A stretch of DNA of 63,946 bases, the filler included, from Octopus bimaculoides (taxonomy: Eukaryota): assembly GCF_001194135.2 (NCBI RefSeq). It is 7 parts of 6 records of this genome, joined end to end, with 100 filler letters (N's around TTAATTAATTAA, not from the genome) between each part and the next. Parts side by side here need not be neighbours in the genome. Positions count along the whole stretch, not along the records: positions 16,409 to 26,450 come from NC_068983.1; positions 26,551 to 54,974 come from NC_068989.1; 5 more parts are not named here. One strand, written 5' to 3'. Every line of letters starts with the position of its first letter. Positions within the stretch are counted from its first letter, which is position 1. A program made the translations under genes and the position numbers. The notes under the pieces are model-generated. The model was not told the origin of the DNA and searched no databases. It saw nothing but the letters and a program-made list of their open reading frames with translations. Positions 23,201 through 35,539 of this stretch are shown here, piece by piece.

Positions 23201-25496
23201 CAGGATCATGTAAAATAGCGCGAGTCAAAACTATGATGTACATTTTCATTCTTAGCAGGTTCCGGCAGATTTGAACGTGAATATGCTAATCGCTGTCGTA
23301 TTTCGCCTTCGGAAAATACCTGCATTCAGGCGATGTGTGTACACAATACACTCGATTTAGTGACTAAGGGGAATTTTAAGACACCAATATTTCGACCTGT
23401 CTTTGTCTCTTCAGTTAAATGTAACAAAAACCCCCAGAAAAGCCAACAACAATATATCCTGTTGCTTTAGAACGTTGATAGATAGGGTTTACAAAAGGTA
23501 CAAAAGTAGTGCAAAATATACTAATGCACACTTTTAGTCCATTAATAGAGTTTTACAGTAATCTGACGGCTCGGAACAATTTTTCCTAATAATTCGGACT
23601 ATTTCTATAAAGGAGCTTATAGACGCAAGATTTAGCTATTAAAAAAAAAATAATAGTAAAACTGCAAAACATACAAACAAACATACTATAAATCTATGTG
23701 TTTTAATCAAACTAAAAGTTTAATAAGATATTACATTTTTCATTTTATATTTCTATTTCTTTTTTCTTTTTTTTAATATAAGTAAATTTTCGAATATTTT
23801 CTTTTATTTCTGTCAATGGTACCAAAAAAGTTAAGCATTTCTATTCTGTTTCATTTTCTTTTTTCACAAAAAAAAAATGAAGAAACGGGTACACGTATAT
23901 TTCTCTGTACCGTTACTGTCTTTTTCTCTCACTACTCACGCTCTCTCTCTCTCTCACACACACATACACTCACTCACACACATACACACACACCATTCAC
24001 ATACATGCACAGGCCAAACTCACACACACGTAAATTCATATATGTATGTATCTAACTATTATATATATATATATATATATATATATNNNNNNNNNNNNNN
24101 NNNNNNNNNNNNNNNNNNNNNNTATGTAAAAGTAGATAGATATCTATATTTCATTAAATACACGACTGTGTTCAAGTTTTATCATTTTATTTTTGATCTC
24201 TCGAACTTTTTATTAGCTTTTTAAGTTCCTGAGTTCATATTCGTCGTTTCAAGACTTTCACAGTTTCATTTTCAAGAATCGAATATATTTGGCGCCTGTG
24301 TTGTTTCTTATAGACTGGTTGAATTCATGACCCATCAAAGATTTTCTGACCGTTAAGCTCCGTAAATCAGCAGTCACGTGTTGATTTGTTTGTTGCGGCC
24401 AAAGTTTTGACCATTGAATTTTTTATGTTCATGTGTAAATATTTTGATGTATGTATTGTTTGCAGGCTCATTTGGGCATTGCATTGTGTTATGAGTATGG
24501 GTTCCATTATTTATCTTATATTTTGATGGGGAATTCTATAGTATAGGTAAGTATTCTTCTCTAGTATATTTCTGTCTAATTTTGTTTTGTGGTGTGTGGT
24601 ATAATGATTTGTAATAGGCTCTTCTTGTAAGTGCATGGTAGCTTACGTGAAAATATTGTGCTAGTATGTCGAATGTAAGAGTCCTTTCAGTTTTACTGAC
24701 AAATTTATAGATTATATTGGTCATTCATAATTTCGTCATTCAACCTACGAAAGATCAATGTAATCTCTAAATTTGATTGTAAAACTAAAAGTTGTAAACT
24801 TCAGGATCTAACTGTTACATTCAACATACTAGATCACTCTCGCGTAAACTCACCATAAACCATTATAAGGAGCTTTGCAAAACATTATACCATATTTACT
24901 CTAACGCTTTACTTTCTGATTTCTTGGGTAGTAGAGTTAATCCACCACTCGTTTAACTCCATCGTCTGATTCTTGAGTACTTTTAACCGAATTTCACACT
25001 GTTGAATTGTTCGAATCGGATACGTGGTTTGGCGATAACTTCTTCCCTTCATGCCCCTCGTTTGTCAGAAGTCCAGAAAAATATAAATGATTGTTTTTTG
25101 CTTCTTTCATAACTAAAAGTAATATTTAAAAAATCGTGTCGAGAGAAAAGAATTCTATTAAAAGAATTCTATACCATGTAGTGAATGTTATCGTCCATTT
25201 TCGTTGATAAACTATAACATTTTAACGTATACAAATATGCACACACGCATCCTCCTACATATGTTTTAAGCTGAAGTTATTGTAAAGCATATTTACGAAA
25301 AATAGAATAACAACGGAACAGTTACACACACACATACATACACACACTTGTTCATATACGCACATACACACACATATACACACACATGTACATAAACATA
25401 TACACACTCATACATCAGACATACATACGTATACATATATATATATATACATTCATATACATACATACATACATACACATATACATACATACACAT

Positions 25497-25661
<165 letters not shown>

Positions 25662-26404
25662 GGAATACAACCAAATTATCCAGTCCTTAAAAGAAAAAGG
25701 TGTCAGCTATATGATTCACTGGAAGATCTTGGCCAAGTGTAAGCCTTAGACTAACGGCAGTGGAAAGTGCAGTCTTTGCGATATGGAAAAGTTCTTTAGA
25801 CCTCGCTACATGACTAAATTCAAGGACTGAACTTTTTGGGTCATGTCCACATATAGCAAAACATTCGTTACATTTTTGGACCCTCCAAGATCACAGATAG
25901 AACCTGCTTTTTATTGTGTCCACGTACAAGCCTTTCATATGTCTTAACATTTCTTATATATTTCTTATATATATATATATATTTGCTTTGTATATTTTTT
26001 CTGTATATTATTTTTCACCCTTTATAACTGTATAACTATATACGCGTGTAGTATATATCTAATGTGTATGTACGTGCATATATACATGTGTACGAATGAT
26101 TGTATATATACGAGTGTAAAACTCTACCTGTTGTACTTGTCTCCTTCCTTCATACATATATGTATGTATATACGTGTATATATCTGCAGGTGCAGATGTG
26201 TTAGAGAGACAGGAGGGTGTATTTGTGTCTATACATATATAACTCAGATGTATATTCAAGTTTTGCGGCGAATGTGAATGTTTTACGGTTTGTGTTCTTG
26301 CGTATGTATGTGCATGTGCGTATAGACTACGTTTTGTAAAGCCGTGTATGCATGTGTATGTGCGTATATGCGTGTATTGCATGTATGTATGCATGTATGT
26401 TTAC

Positions 26405-26450
<46 letters not shown>

Positions 26451-26600
26451 NNNNNNNNNNNNNNNNNNNNNNNNNNNNNNNNNNNNNNNNNNNNTTAATT
26501 AATTAANNNNNNNNNNNNNNNNNNNNNNNNNNNNNNNNNNNNNNNNNNNNATATATATATATATATATATAATATATGATATATAAGGCGATGATATATA

Positions 26601-26823
26601 AGGCAGAAACGTTAGCACGCCGGGCGAAATGCTTAGCGGTATTTCGTCTGCTGTTACGTTCTTAGTTCAAATTCCGCCGAGGTCGACTTTGCCTTTCATC
26701 CTTTCGGGGTCGATTAAATAAGTACCAGTTACGCACTGGGGTCGATATAATCAACTTAATCCCTTTGTCTGTCCTTGTTTGTCCCCTCTGTGTGTAGCTC
26801 CTTGTGGGCAATAAAGAAATAAG
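26601..26823 (+). mobile_element. tRNA-derived SINE family A, near full length
   Basis: ggcagaaacgttagcacgccgggcgaaatgc..agttcaaattcc (B box)..tail ccttgtgggcaataaagaaat. Other copies: 9250-9468, 13738-13882, 13903-13978, 14661-14735, 14738-14932, 31160-31345, 35780-35890 (+); 17640-17828, 17915-18080, 34660-34830, 58065-58215, 61040-61245, 61300-61443, 61783-61852, 61905-62112 (-). Confidence 0.9.
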
Positions 26824-27321
26824 GATTATATATATATATATATTATTGATACCGAAAAAGGAAAATCAAAAGAGAGTTATTCCCTCCAGTAAACAAAAAA
26901 CAGACCGTGTTCTGCAACATATGTTTTCCTGCCCGTGTCCAGCTGAAGTATTTTGTAAATAAAACATGGCAAATCGACCTGAATTGATTGTTTTATTGAA
27001 ACATGTGTGGCGTTCTCGAAAGTAAAATGTTATTTGCTCTGTGAAAGCTACAGTTTAAACGTCTATTGGCAATGTGTTAATCCACCAACGGAATGAGAAG
27101 TATCTGAAAGTTATGGAACCATCGCAGGTATGAGTACGTCTATTATTTTTGTCATTCATAATTTAAACGATATTCCCATGTATAAAATTAATGAATATAA
27201 ATCTACATAAGAATATTGGTGAGGCTGTGTGGTAAGAAGCTTCCTTCCCACATGGTTCCAGGTTCAACTCCACTGCGTGGCACCATCGGCAGGTATTACC
27301 TACTATAGCCTTGTGAGTGTA

Positions 27322-27529
27322 CAGGGTGTCCACAAAGTCTGGGTACATGGGATTAACACATACTTTAAGAAATTATTATTTCTTATATTTAATTGTTTAT
27401 GTTATAATTTTATTTACTCCATGTCTCCACATGGAGATTAACACATGCTTTAAGAAATTATTATTTCTTATATTTAATTGTTTATGTTATTTTATTTATT
27501 CTACGTACCCAGACTTTGTTGAGACCTTG
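27322..27529. mobile_element. Tc1/mariner-type MITE nested in a SINE
   Basis: 25-bp TIRs (22/25 match: cagggtgtccacaaagtctgggtac / gtacccagactttgttgagaccttg), TA duplicated on both sides, and an internal ~85-bp tandem duplication. Confidence 0.85.
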
Positions 27530-27574
27530 TAGTAGAACTGAAAGAAGCCCGCCTTTATATATATTATATAAGTG

Positions 27575-27609
<35 letters not shown>

Positions 27610-27616
27610 GTGAGAG

Positions 27617-27647
<31 letters not shown>

Positions 27648-28293
27648 GAATTATTAAATACGATAATATAAGCTATTTACATGTTTTGAGATTACTGAAA
27701 CAATTTTGGAGTGATTATTCAATGTTTACTGCTAGATATAATTCATCATTTTTCTCCAACATTTATTATTTTTTTATATATGTATATATGTCTAGTGCAT
27801 ATCTTTGTGTCTGCGTTTCTTCCCTCCCCATCACCGCTTGACAACCGGTGTTGGTGTGTTTAGGTCCCCGTAACCTAGCGATTTGCAAAAGAGACTGGTA
27901 GAATAAGTACTAGGCTTATGAAATAAGTCTTGAGGCGATTTGTTCGACTAAAATCCTTTAAGGCGGTGTTTCTGCATGGTTGCAGTCAAATGACCGAATC
28001 AAGTAAAAGAATAAAAGAATAGGTTAAAAATAGTATTAGACTGACACATCATCTATTCAATCAAAAGGCATTATCACTCCAAGGTTGGATAGAAGACACA
28101 ACTCAACAGTAGAGTTTCACACGCATAATACAGTTAGTTGAAAATATTGCTGTTAACTTAGTTGGTAAGCATTCTGATCAGGGAGTTTAAAATCTGAAAC
28201 GCAATAGCTAAGATAGATAACTCAGAAATCAAAAGCGAATCTAAAACTATTGAATGTCTTATGTTCGTTGTATGCTACTTTCACACACACACA

Positions 28294-28363
<70 letters not shown>

Positions 28364-29816
28364 NNNNNNNNNNCTTCAGTGTGACATATTAAAGAGTTTA
28401 TTAATACATTATATTGTCGACATTACAAAAATAGGAAACATTTTAGAAAAAGAATTAGAAAATAGAATGGTTTGTGGGCATATTTGACCAAAAGGAAGTA
28501 TTTTCAGTTCATATTTCATTAGTTTTGTAGAAACAGAAGTTAATTTAAATGAATTTGTAGAATGGTTGTAAAAGTCACGATTTATTCTCTTTTTCCAGCA
28601 AGAGTACCATTATGAAGCCGTCCCTCAGTTGTGCTATCCTAAGAAGATAGCAGATTTTGAGTGAGGAATTCTAGCCATTTTGAGTGAGGAGTTCTTAATT
28701 TTTTGTGAGTTCCTTCTTCTCTGTGTATAGTTAGGCAGTAGACTGCTCTCTCTATGTCTGCCCACAAACATTACTGTAGAATTTGAGGTAAGGATGCACG
28801 TCTCTAGCTAGAACAGGAATATCAAACTCACTGGTCTTTGCTCGTCAGATTATTCCTAAAGCACGCATTCATAATAAAGGTCATATTAAAATGGTCTATA
28901 TACAATATAACAACTTAAGAATAAATAGAGGGATGAATATGGACCGATAGCAAGTATAGAATGGACCGTATATTTCATACAATATGCATTTCTAAATTAG
29001 CCCAAGGGCTGATAATATACTCAGCTGGGTTCAATTAATTGTATACATTTTCATTATCTGCATATTATGGTTAATTTCAAATATTATTTTTTTTTTATAA
29101 ACTTTTGCTTGTGACTGATGTTTAATACAATGTGCATTTCTAAATTATCCCAAGGGCTGATAATATACTCAGTTGGGTTCAGTCGTGTACATAACCTGAA
29201 TATCTTTCAGCCTGTACTTCAGTACCAATATTTGTAGTCATCTATAATTGCTGCGTTTGCATTTTAATTTTGAGAGTATGCCTCACGTTCTGATCTTTTT
29301 ATTACTTAGGCGCAGAAGACGGATATCGTCACGCTACTTCTCTTCCTCGTTTATTTGAATAGTGATCAAAATGAAACTGATAGTAACGATTATAAATACA
29401 TAAACAAACGCACTCACACAGACACCACACCATCCTTCATAACAAGAGAGCTCCAACTGCTAGGATACCCTTTCAATTATATTGATTTTCTACAAAGAAA
29501 AATAGTTGTGCTTGAGTTCATTTTACTTTTTCATTTCAATTGATATTAATCTTTTAATATTTTAATATTATGATATTCTTTTGTAAATTTCGACTAAAAA
29601 TAAATAAATAGAATTGAAGTGTACGAAGCAAGAAAAATGAAGTGTGTATTTTTTTATGATATATATTTTTCATTCTTTTTTTCAGATCATACTATAATAT
29701 ATACACGAAAACATGACTCCACAAATTTTCACGTTGTTTTACTCAGCAAAAGTGTTTTAAGAGATACTCACTGAAATATCACCACCCTTCTTCTAAATGA
29801 CTTTTAATATCTCAAT

Positions 29817-30298
29817 ATGACTTTCAAATACAAAACTGTATTTCAAATTATCTTTAAATACCGTGTCATTTTCATTATCTGGATATTATGGTTAATTTCA
29901 AATATCATTTTCATTCATAAGCTTTTGCATGTGACTGATGTTCAATACAAGGAAAATCTCATAGGTTTGACCAAAAATGAAAGCGAGCTTTTAGAAAAAC
30001 TCAGTGACAAGTTGAGAAGCTTGGAGAAAATGGACTGAAATGGAAAGGAATATAACAAATACAAAATCTATTACAAAAGTCACAGAAAAGATTAAAATAA
30101 TTTTCTAATAATTAAAGACAAGAAAGACGAAAACAAAATACTTCCTGATAATAGCGGAAATATTGCTCCAAACGCCTCTGCATGTCAATAGTAATTACAG
30201 TGAGGCAAAAAAGAAAAAAAAAAGACATTTTGATTGACAAAGATAAAATACGAGAGTATAATATGTATTACAGGATACTAAGGATAAAAACTACCCAG
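29817..30298 (+). pseudogene. GALNT first coding exon (cytoplasmic tail, TM anchor, stem), frameshifted
   Basis: MTFKYKTVFQIIFKYR-VIFIIWILWLISNIIFIH is a type II membrane anchor. The frame stops at 30036-30038. The 3' end reads ..DTKDKNYP-G|gtagta, a phase-1 junction compatible with the next exon, but that frame is closed by TAA at 30259. Upstream acceptor ttttttcAG at 29685. Confidence 0.5.
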
Positions 30299-30572
30299 GT
30301 AGTAAATTTGAATTTACCCAACGATATTTTTAAGGTGCATGTTTGTAACTAGTATTCATTTTTAAAGCATTATCTAAATATTTTAATAATGTTCAGTAAT
30401 AGTATGTCTAATTGGAAACTTATAACAGATACCTGCATTGACATTGTGATTTAAAAACAGTCAAAATAATGATAATATAACTAGCACGAAGAATCGATTA
30501 TTCGCAATTGTTTCATTTTTGCCTTTATTATTTTTAATAACACGCAAAATTTAATTCCCATGTTCTATTTAG

Positions 30573-30726
30573 GAAAATGTGGGGCTGGATTCATCATCAA
30601 TGCTAATGAATTGGCAGCTTCTGAGAAAGAAAAATATGATTTAGGCTGGAAGCAAAACCAGTTCAATCAATACGTAAGTGATACGATTGCCCTGAACAGA
30701 GATGTAGGAAAAGTTCGGGAATCAGA
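30573..30726 (+). pseudogene. GALNT exon (stem end / start of catalytic region), reading frame intact
   Basis: ttctatttAG|GA AAA TGT..: (G)KCGAGFIINANELAASEKEKYDLGWKQNQFNQYVSDTIALNRDVGKVRES(E)|GTAAGT. This matches the GALNT motif NQFN..xS(D/E).IALNR..xR. Confidence 0.85.
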
Positions 30727-31430
30727 GTAAGTCGAGAAATCATATCAAACTTACTGCGAATTAAGTATTTGAAAAAAAATATTTCAAATATCACATGCAA
30801 TGTCTTATGTGATAAAAAAAATTAATCATCACTACATAACTCATTTAAACACACACATACATACACACATATTCATGTGTACATACATTTACATACATAT
30901 GTATGTATATGTGTGTATATGTGTATGTACGTATATACATATATATACATATACATGCACACACACACATATATGTATATGCATATGAATGTTTATATAC
31001 ACATATGTAAATATATATACAGGATATTCGGACTAAATTTGAGTGTACATTTCCTCTTTTCAGAAAGTGTAGGATACATTGGTGAACAGTCAATGGCATT
31101 GGCGAATGTGAAGAGTAAAGTTTAGTAAGCTGACATGGAGGACTGGAACCTTTCGAATATTGATTTCAAATTTCGGAACAAAGCCAGCAATTCCGGGGGC
31201 GGGGCTAAGTCGATTAAATTGATCACAGTGTTCACTTGGTACTCATCTTATCGTTCCCAAAGGTTGAAATGTGAAGTATTTCATCCTCAGTAAACTGCTG
31301 GCACTGTGATAAAACTTGAATTTTAGGCCTTGTGCCTATAGCCAAAGGGATTATATATGCATGTATTATGTTTGCGCATATATTTTCATCTGAATACGTG
31401 AATGTCTGCGTATGTGTGTTTGCGTGTGTG

Positions 31431-31491
<61 letters not shown>

Positions 31492-32021
31492 ATGTTTCTA
31501 TGTGTATCATATAATAACTGCTGTATATATTGATACACGGATTTTCGATTTTATGACTCATTTTTCACGGAATTTGATAAACTTCTTTTTACCTTCTCCA
31601 CTACCACTCTCATGTTTTTGCCACTTCCTTTCCTTCTTCATACTTATTCTCTCCTCTCTTTCACTTTCTCGCTTTCCTTTATTCTCTTCTTACGGTCCTG
31701 CTATACAGATGTTCAACTTCCATTTTTACTCCAAATAAGCAATATAAACAGACATCGTGAATTTGTTATCGTTTCTATTTTCTCTTCCTTCTCTTGTTCC
31801 TTTTACCTCTGTTGGAGGAAGGGCGTAACTTGAAATGTCACGGTTTTCTTTCCTTACCATTCAATCGGCTTCTTTTCCTTGTACACAATATTTGAAGATC
31901 AGTGAAAAAGAGAACACTTATGCTGAACTATTGAGAAATCTGTAGTAATTCTATCTAGATTACAAGTTCAGGTTTATATCTGTAATCATTGGAGCCCTGG
32001 GATATGCAACACGCTGCCTAA

Positions 32022-32235
32022 ATACCAATCTTGAGAAATTAAGGTTCTCAAAATCAGAAAGGAGAAAACTAATTCGAAGACTATAGATCCACTGGAACTG
32101 TAAAAATCTACAGATTCACTGGAACTGTAAAAATCTATAAAACTTTCCAGAAGTTTATCATTCAAATATATATGAGCATGTCTAGATATGCAACTGTATG
32201 CATGAGAATACACACATGAAACACACAAGTCTGCA
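32022..32235 (+). mobile_element. 3' end of a probable RLE-type non-LTR element ending in (CATA)n
   Basis: Translates NLEKLRFSKSERRKLIRRL*..TGTVKIYKTFQKFII. An inverted second copy lies at ~51505-51688. Confidence 0.5.
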
Positions 32236-32428
32236 CATACATACATACATACATACATACATACATACATACATACATACATACATACATACATACATAC
32301 ATACAAGCATGCATACATACATACATACATACATACATACATACATACATACATACATACATGCATGCATACATACATACATACATACATACATGCATAC
32401 ATACATACATACATACATACATACATAC
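32236..32428. repeat. (CATA)n microsatellite
   Basis: Read directly. Confidence 0.97.
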
Positions 32429-32924
32429 AAAAGTACCCTGTTATTGATGTTGAAATTCCATTGAAGGAACCTTGGATCTAGATTAGGAAACCGGCTCTTT
32501 CTCTATAGGCTAGAAATCTCGAAATAAACTGAATACACGCATATGGACCGCTGATATCTACAAGTTCTTTTCACTTTCTCTTCGTTTATTTTCTCTAATA
32601 CTCTCACCTCGTGCTGCAGATCGAGGTGAGAGGGATAACTTCCCTTGGCAAACAGGACACAGTCGTGTGTCGATAAGCCAGCTGGAGGAGATGTCCTCCT
32701 GGGGCTAAAAGCAACAGTAACATCCACCCCTAGGGGTCAGCCACACTTAAGTGGCAATATACTACACTTTATCGTGCAGTTACTGTTAATACTTCATTTA
32801 GAGAATTAACATTGCTTGTTTTCACCTTTTCAATATCAGTGAAGAATTTCACTGGAANNNNNNNNNNATATATATATATATGTATGTATGTATGTTTACA
32901 AATATCCATCGTTATTTATATATA

Positions 32925-33052
32925 GTTGAAATTTATAGAAAAACAAAAGACGAAGACAGGTGTATGAACAACAAGCAATTGTATTAGCTTGACGCTCGGG
33001 AAAAATGAAAAAGTCTTTTGCGTTTCGAGTTTATGCTCTTCAACAGAGAGGT
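32925..33052 (-). mobile_element. Decayed copy of the hammerhead-bearing repeat
   Basis: Reverse complement reads ctctctgttgaagagcataaactcgaaacgcaaaagactttt..cccgagcgtc..cacctgtcttcgtc. Confidence 0.7.
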
Positions 33053-33202
33053 ATGCATACATACATACATACATACACATACGTGCGTGAATGTCTGTTA
33101 AAAAGTTCGGTTTGCATCTATTTTGTTCTGTAATTATATGTGCGTGTACGTATGTACAAATGTACATATGTAATCTGTGTGTGTGTGTGTGTGTGTGTGT
33201 GT

Positions 33203-33590
33203 GGCGGCGCAATGGCCCAGTGGTTCGGGCAGCGGACTCGCGGTCATAGGATCGCGGTTTCGATTCCCAGACCGGGCGTTGTGAGTGTTTATTGAGCGAA
33301 AACACCTAAAGCTCCACGAGGCTCCGGCAGGGGTGTGGTGCCGAACCCTGCTGTACTCTTTCATCACAACTTTTTCTCACTCTTTCTTCCTGTTTATGTT
33401 GTGCCTGTAATTCAAAGGGCTAGCCTTGTCACACTGTGTCACGCTGAATATCCCCGAGAACTACGTTAAGAGTACACGTGTCTGTGGAGTGCTCAGCCAC
33501 TTGTACGTTAATTTCACGAGCAGGCTGTTCCGTTGATCAGATCAACTGGAACCCTCGACGTCGTAAGCGACGGAGTGCCAACAACAACAA
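33203..33590 (+). mobile_element. tRNA-derived SINE family C, full length, (ACA)n tail
   Basis: A box tggcccagtgg, B box ggtttcgattccc; ends cgacggagtgccaacaacaac. Confidence 0.9.
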
Positions 33591-33940
33591 TGTGTGTGTG
33601 TATGTCATAATGTATGTATGTATGTATTTATGTATATATGTATGTACGTATGTATGTATGCATGCCTGTGAAATATTTTCATGTTTATTTATAATAATAA
33701 TAATTTTCTGTTTATGTCCTGTATACAGAAAACATGTCCTGTCATTGTCATGTTTAAGGCAGTTCGGGCACTGCTTCATCATGGCCGCACTCCTTTGGTT
33801 TAAATCAGTATGTATTTCTAAAATTATTTATTACTTTTACATACACTAAAAGAAAGCAATTTTAACCTGAAGAAGACGGCATTGAAATGAAATATATTAC
33901 ATAGTATCTTGAAATGTATTTTTTATTCTTTGTTGAAAAG

Positions 33941-34093
33941 CTGCATTCTGTAGTCGCACCAGTCATTGATGCTATACATGATACTTGCGAAAGATATGGT
34001 GATTGGCACATTTGATTGGAATATGAATTTTCGATGGATGAAATTACTAGAACGAATTAATAAAAGTCTAATGTGAAATTTAGACCCGATTAT
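33941..34093 (+). pseudogene. GALNT catalytic-domain exon with frameshift and nonsense codon
   Basis: LHSVVAPVIDAIHDT, then a frameshift near 33990, then DMVIGTFDWNMNFRWMKLLERINKSLM*NLDPI|GTGAGT (TGA at 34074-34076). This matches GALNT VV.P.ID.I...T...G.F.W.L.F.W.........DPIR. The acceptor position is approximate. Confidence 0.85.
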
Positions 34094-35516
34094 GTGAGTA
34101 AACCATTTCTTTACACATCCTCTTCTTATATACAATTATGATCAACATTGTTATCAAAATACAAATAAAATAATGATTACTTTCGAACGCGGAGAAGCCG
34201 TTAGAACAGCAGAAATATTGGATAAATTACCCTCACAAAGCGGAAAAATTTGTCAACAAACTGCATGGGACTCGAACCTTCATCCCTTGAAGATTCGGTC
34301 AAGAATTTACCATTAAGCGAAACTGCCCGCTGACAAATCGATTCACTTTTTTAGATGCTATAAAAACCAAATGCACAACTACGTGTATAATTAAATCTAA
34401 ACAAACATTTGTTTTTTATAAGCGCCGAAATGTGTATTGTAAGATACAAATAAGATGATAGCTTATTTTCGAACGTAGAGACGCCGTTACAACAGCAGAA
34501 ATATTGGGTAAATTACCCTTACAAAGCGAAAAAGTTTGTCAACAAACAGCCATGAGGCTCGAACCCACATCTCTTGAAGATTCCGGCCAACACATTTCGG
34601 CGCTTATAAAAAAACAAATTAGAAATTTCTTTATTTTATTCTGTAGTTCTTTCTGCTATAGGCACAAGGCCTGGTTTTTGCTGGGATGGAGACAGTCGAT
34701 CACATCGACTCCAGTACTCAACTGGTACTTAATTTATCAACCCCGGAAAGATGAAAGGCAAAGTCGACCTCGGCGAAATTTGAACTCAGAACGTAGCGAC
34801 AGACGAAATACCGCTAAGCATTTCGCCCGACGCAGATTTTTCTTGAAGTTAATTGTTCTAGTAGACATTACTTGAGTTATTTGATTACAATTTAAAATGT
34901 TCAACCTTTGTATTTTATGGAGGTAAATTTTATGGTCTATGTTTTCATTAACATTTCTCCTATTCAGTTTCAAGCGTGGAATTTTTTTTTTTTGTAATAC
35001 ATTATTTTTTTACCTATAATTATATNNNNNNNNNNNNNNNNNNNNNNNNNNNNNNNNNNNNNNNNNNNNNNNNNNNNNNNNNNNNNNNNNNNNNNNNNNN
35101 NNNNNNNNNNNNNNNNNNNNNNNNNNNNNNNNNNNNNNNNNNNNNNNNNNNNNNNNNNNNNNNNNNNNNNNNNNNNNNNNNNNNNNNNNNNNNNNNNNNN
35201 NNNNNNNNNNNNNNNNNNNNNNNNNNNNNNNNNNNNNNNNNNNNNNNNNNNNNNNNNNNNNNNNNNNNNNNNNNNNNNNNNNNNNNNNNNNNNNNNNNNN
35301 NNNNNNNNNNNNNNNNNNNNNNNNNNNNNNNNNNNNNNNNNNNNNNNNNNNNNNNNNNNNNNNNNNNNNNNNNNNNNNNNNNNNNNNNNNNNNNNNNNNN
35401 NNNNNNNNNNNNNNNNNNNNNNNNNNNNNNNNNNNNNNNNNNNNNNNNNNNNNNNNNNNNNNNNNNNNNNNNNNNNNNNNNNNNNNNNNNNNNNNNNNNN
35501 NNNNNNNNNNNNNNNN

Positions 35517-35539
35517 GGTTAGGGTTAGGGTTAGGGTTA
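35517..35539 (+). repeat. (TTAGGG)n interstitial telomere-type array at a gap edge
   Basis: ggttagggttagggttagggtta; true length hidden by the gap. Confidence 0.8.

Noticed and set aside
32640-32760. Possible HDV-like ribozyme in the minus-strand GC-rich repeat
   Set aside because: A 6-bp P1 can be drawn, but P3, P1.1 and J4/2 do not fit by eye.
33203-33280. tRNA-like A/B-box sequences
   Set aside because: They are SINE heads, followed by SINE bodies and tails and present in multiple copies; no complete cloverleaf is evident.
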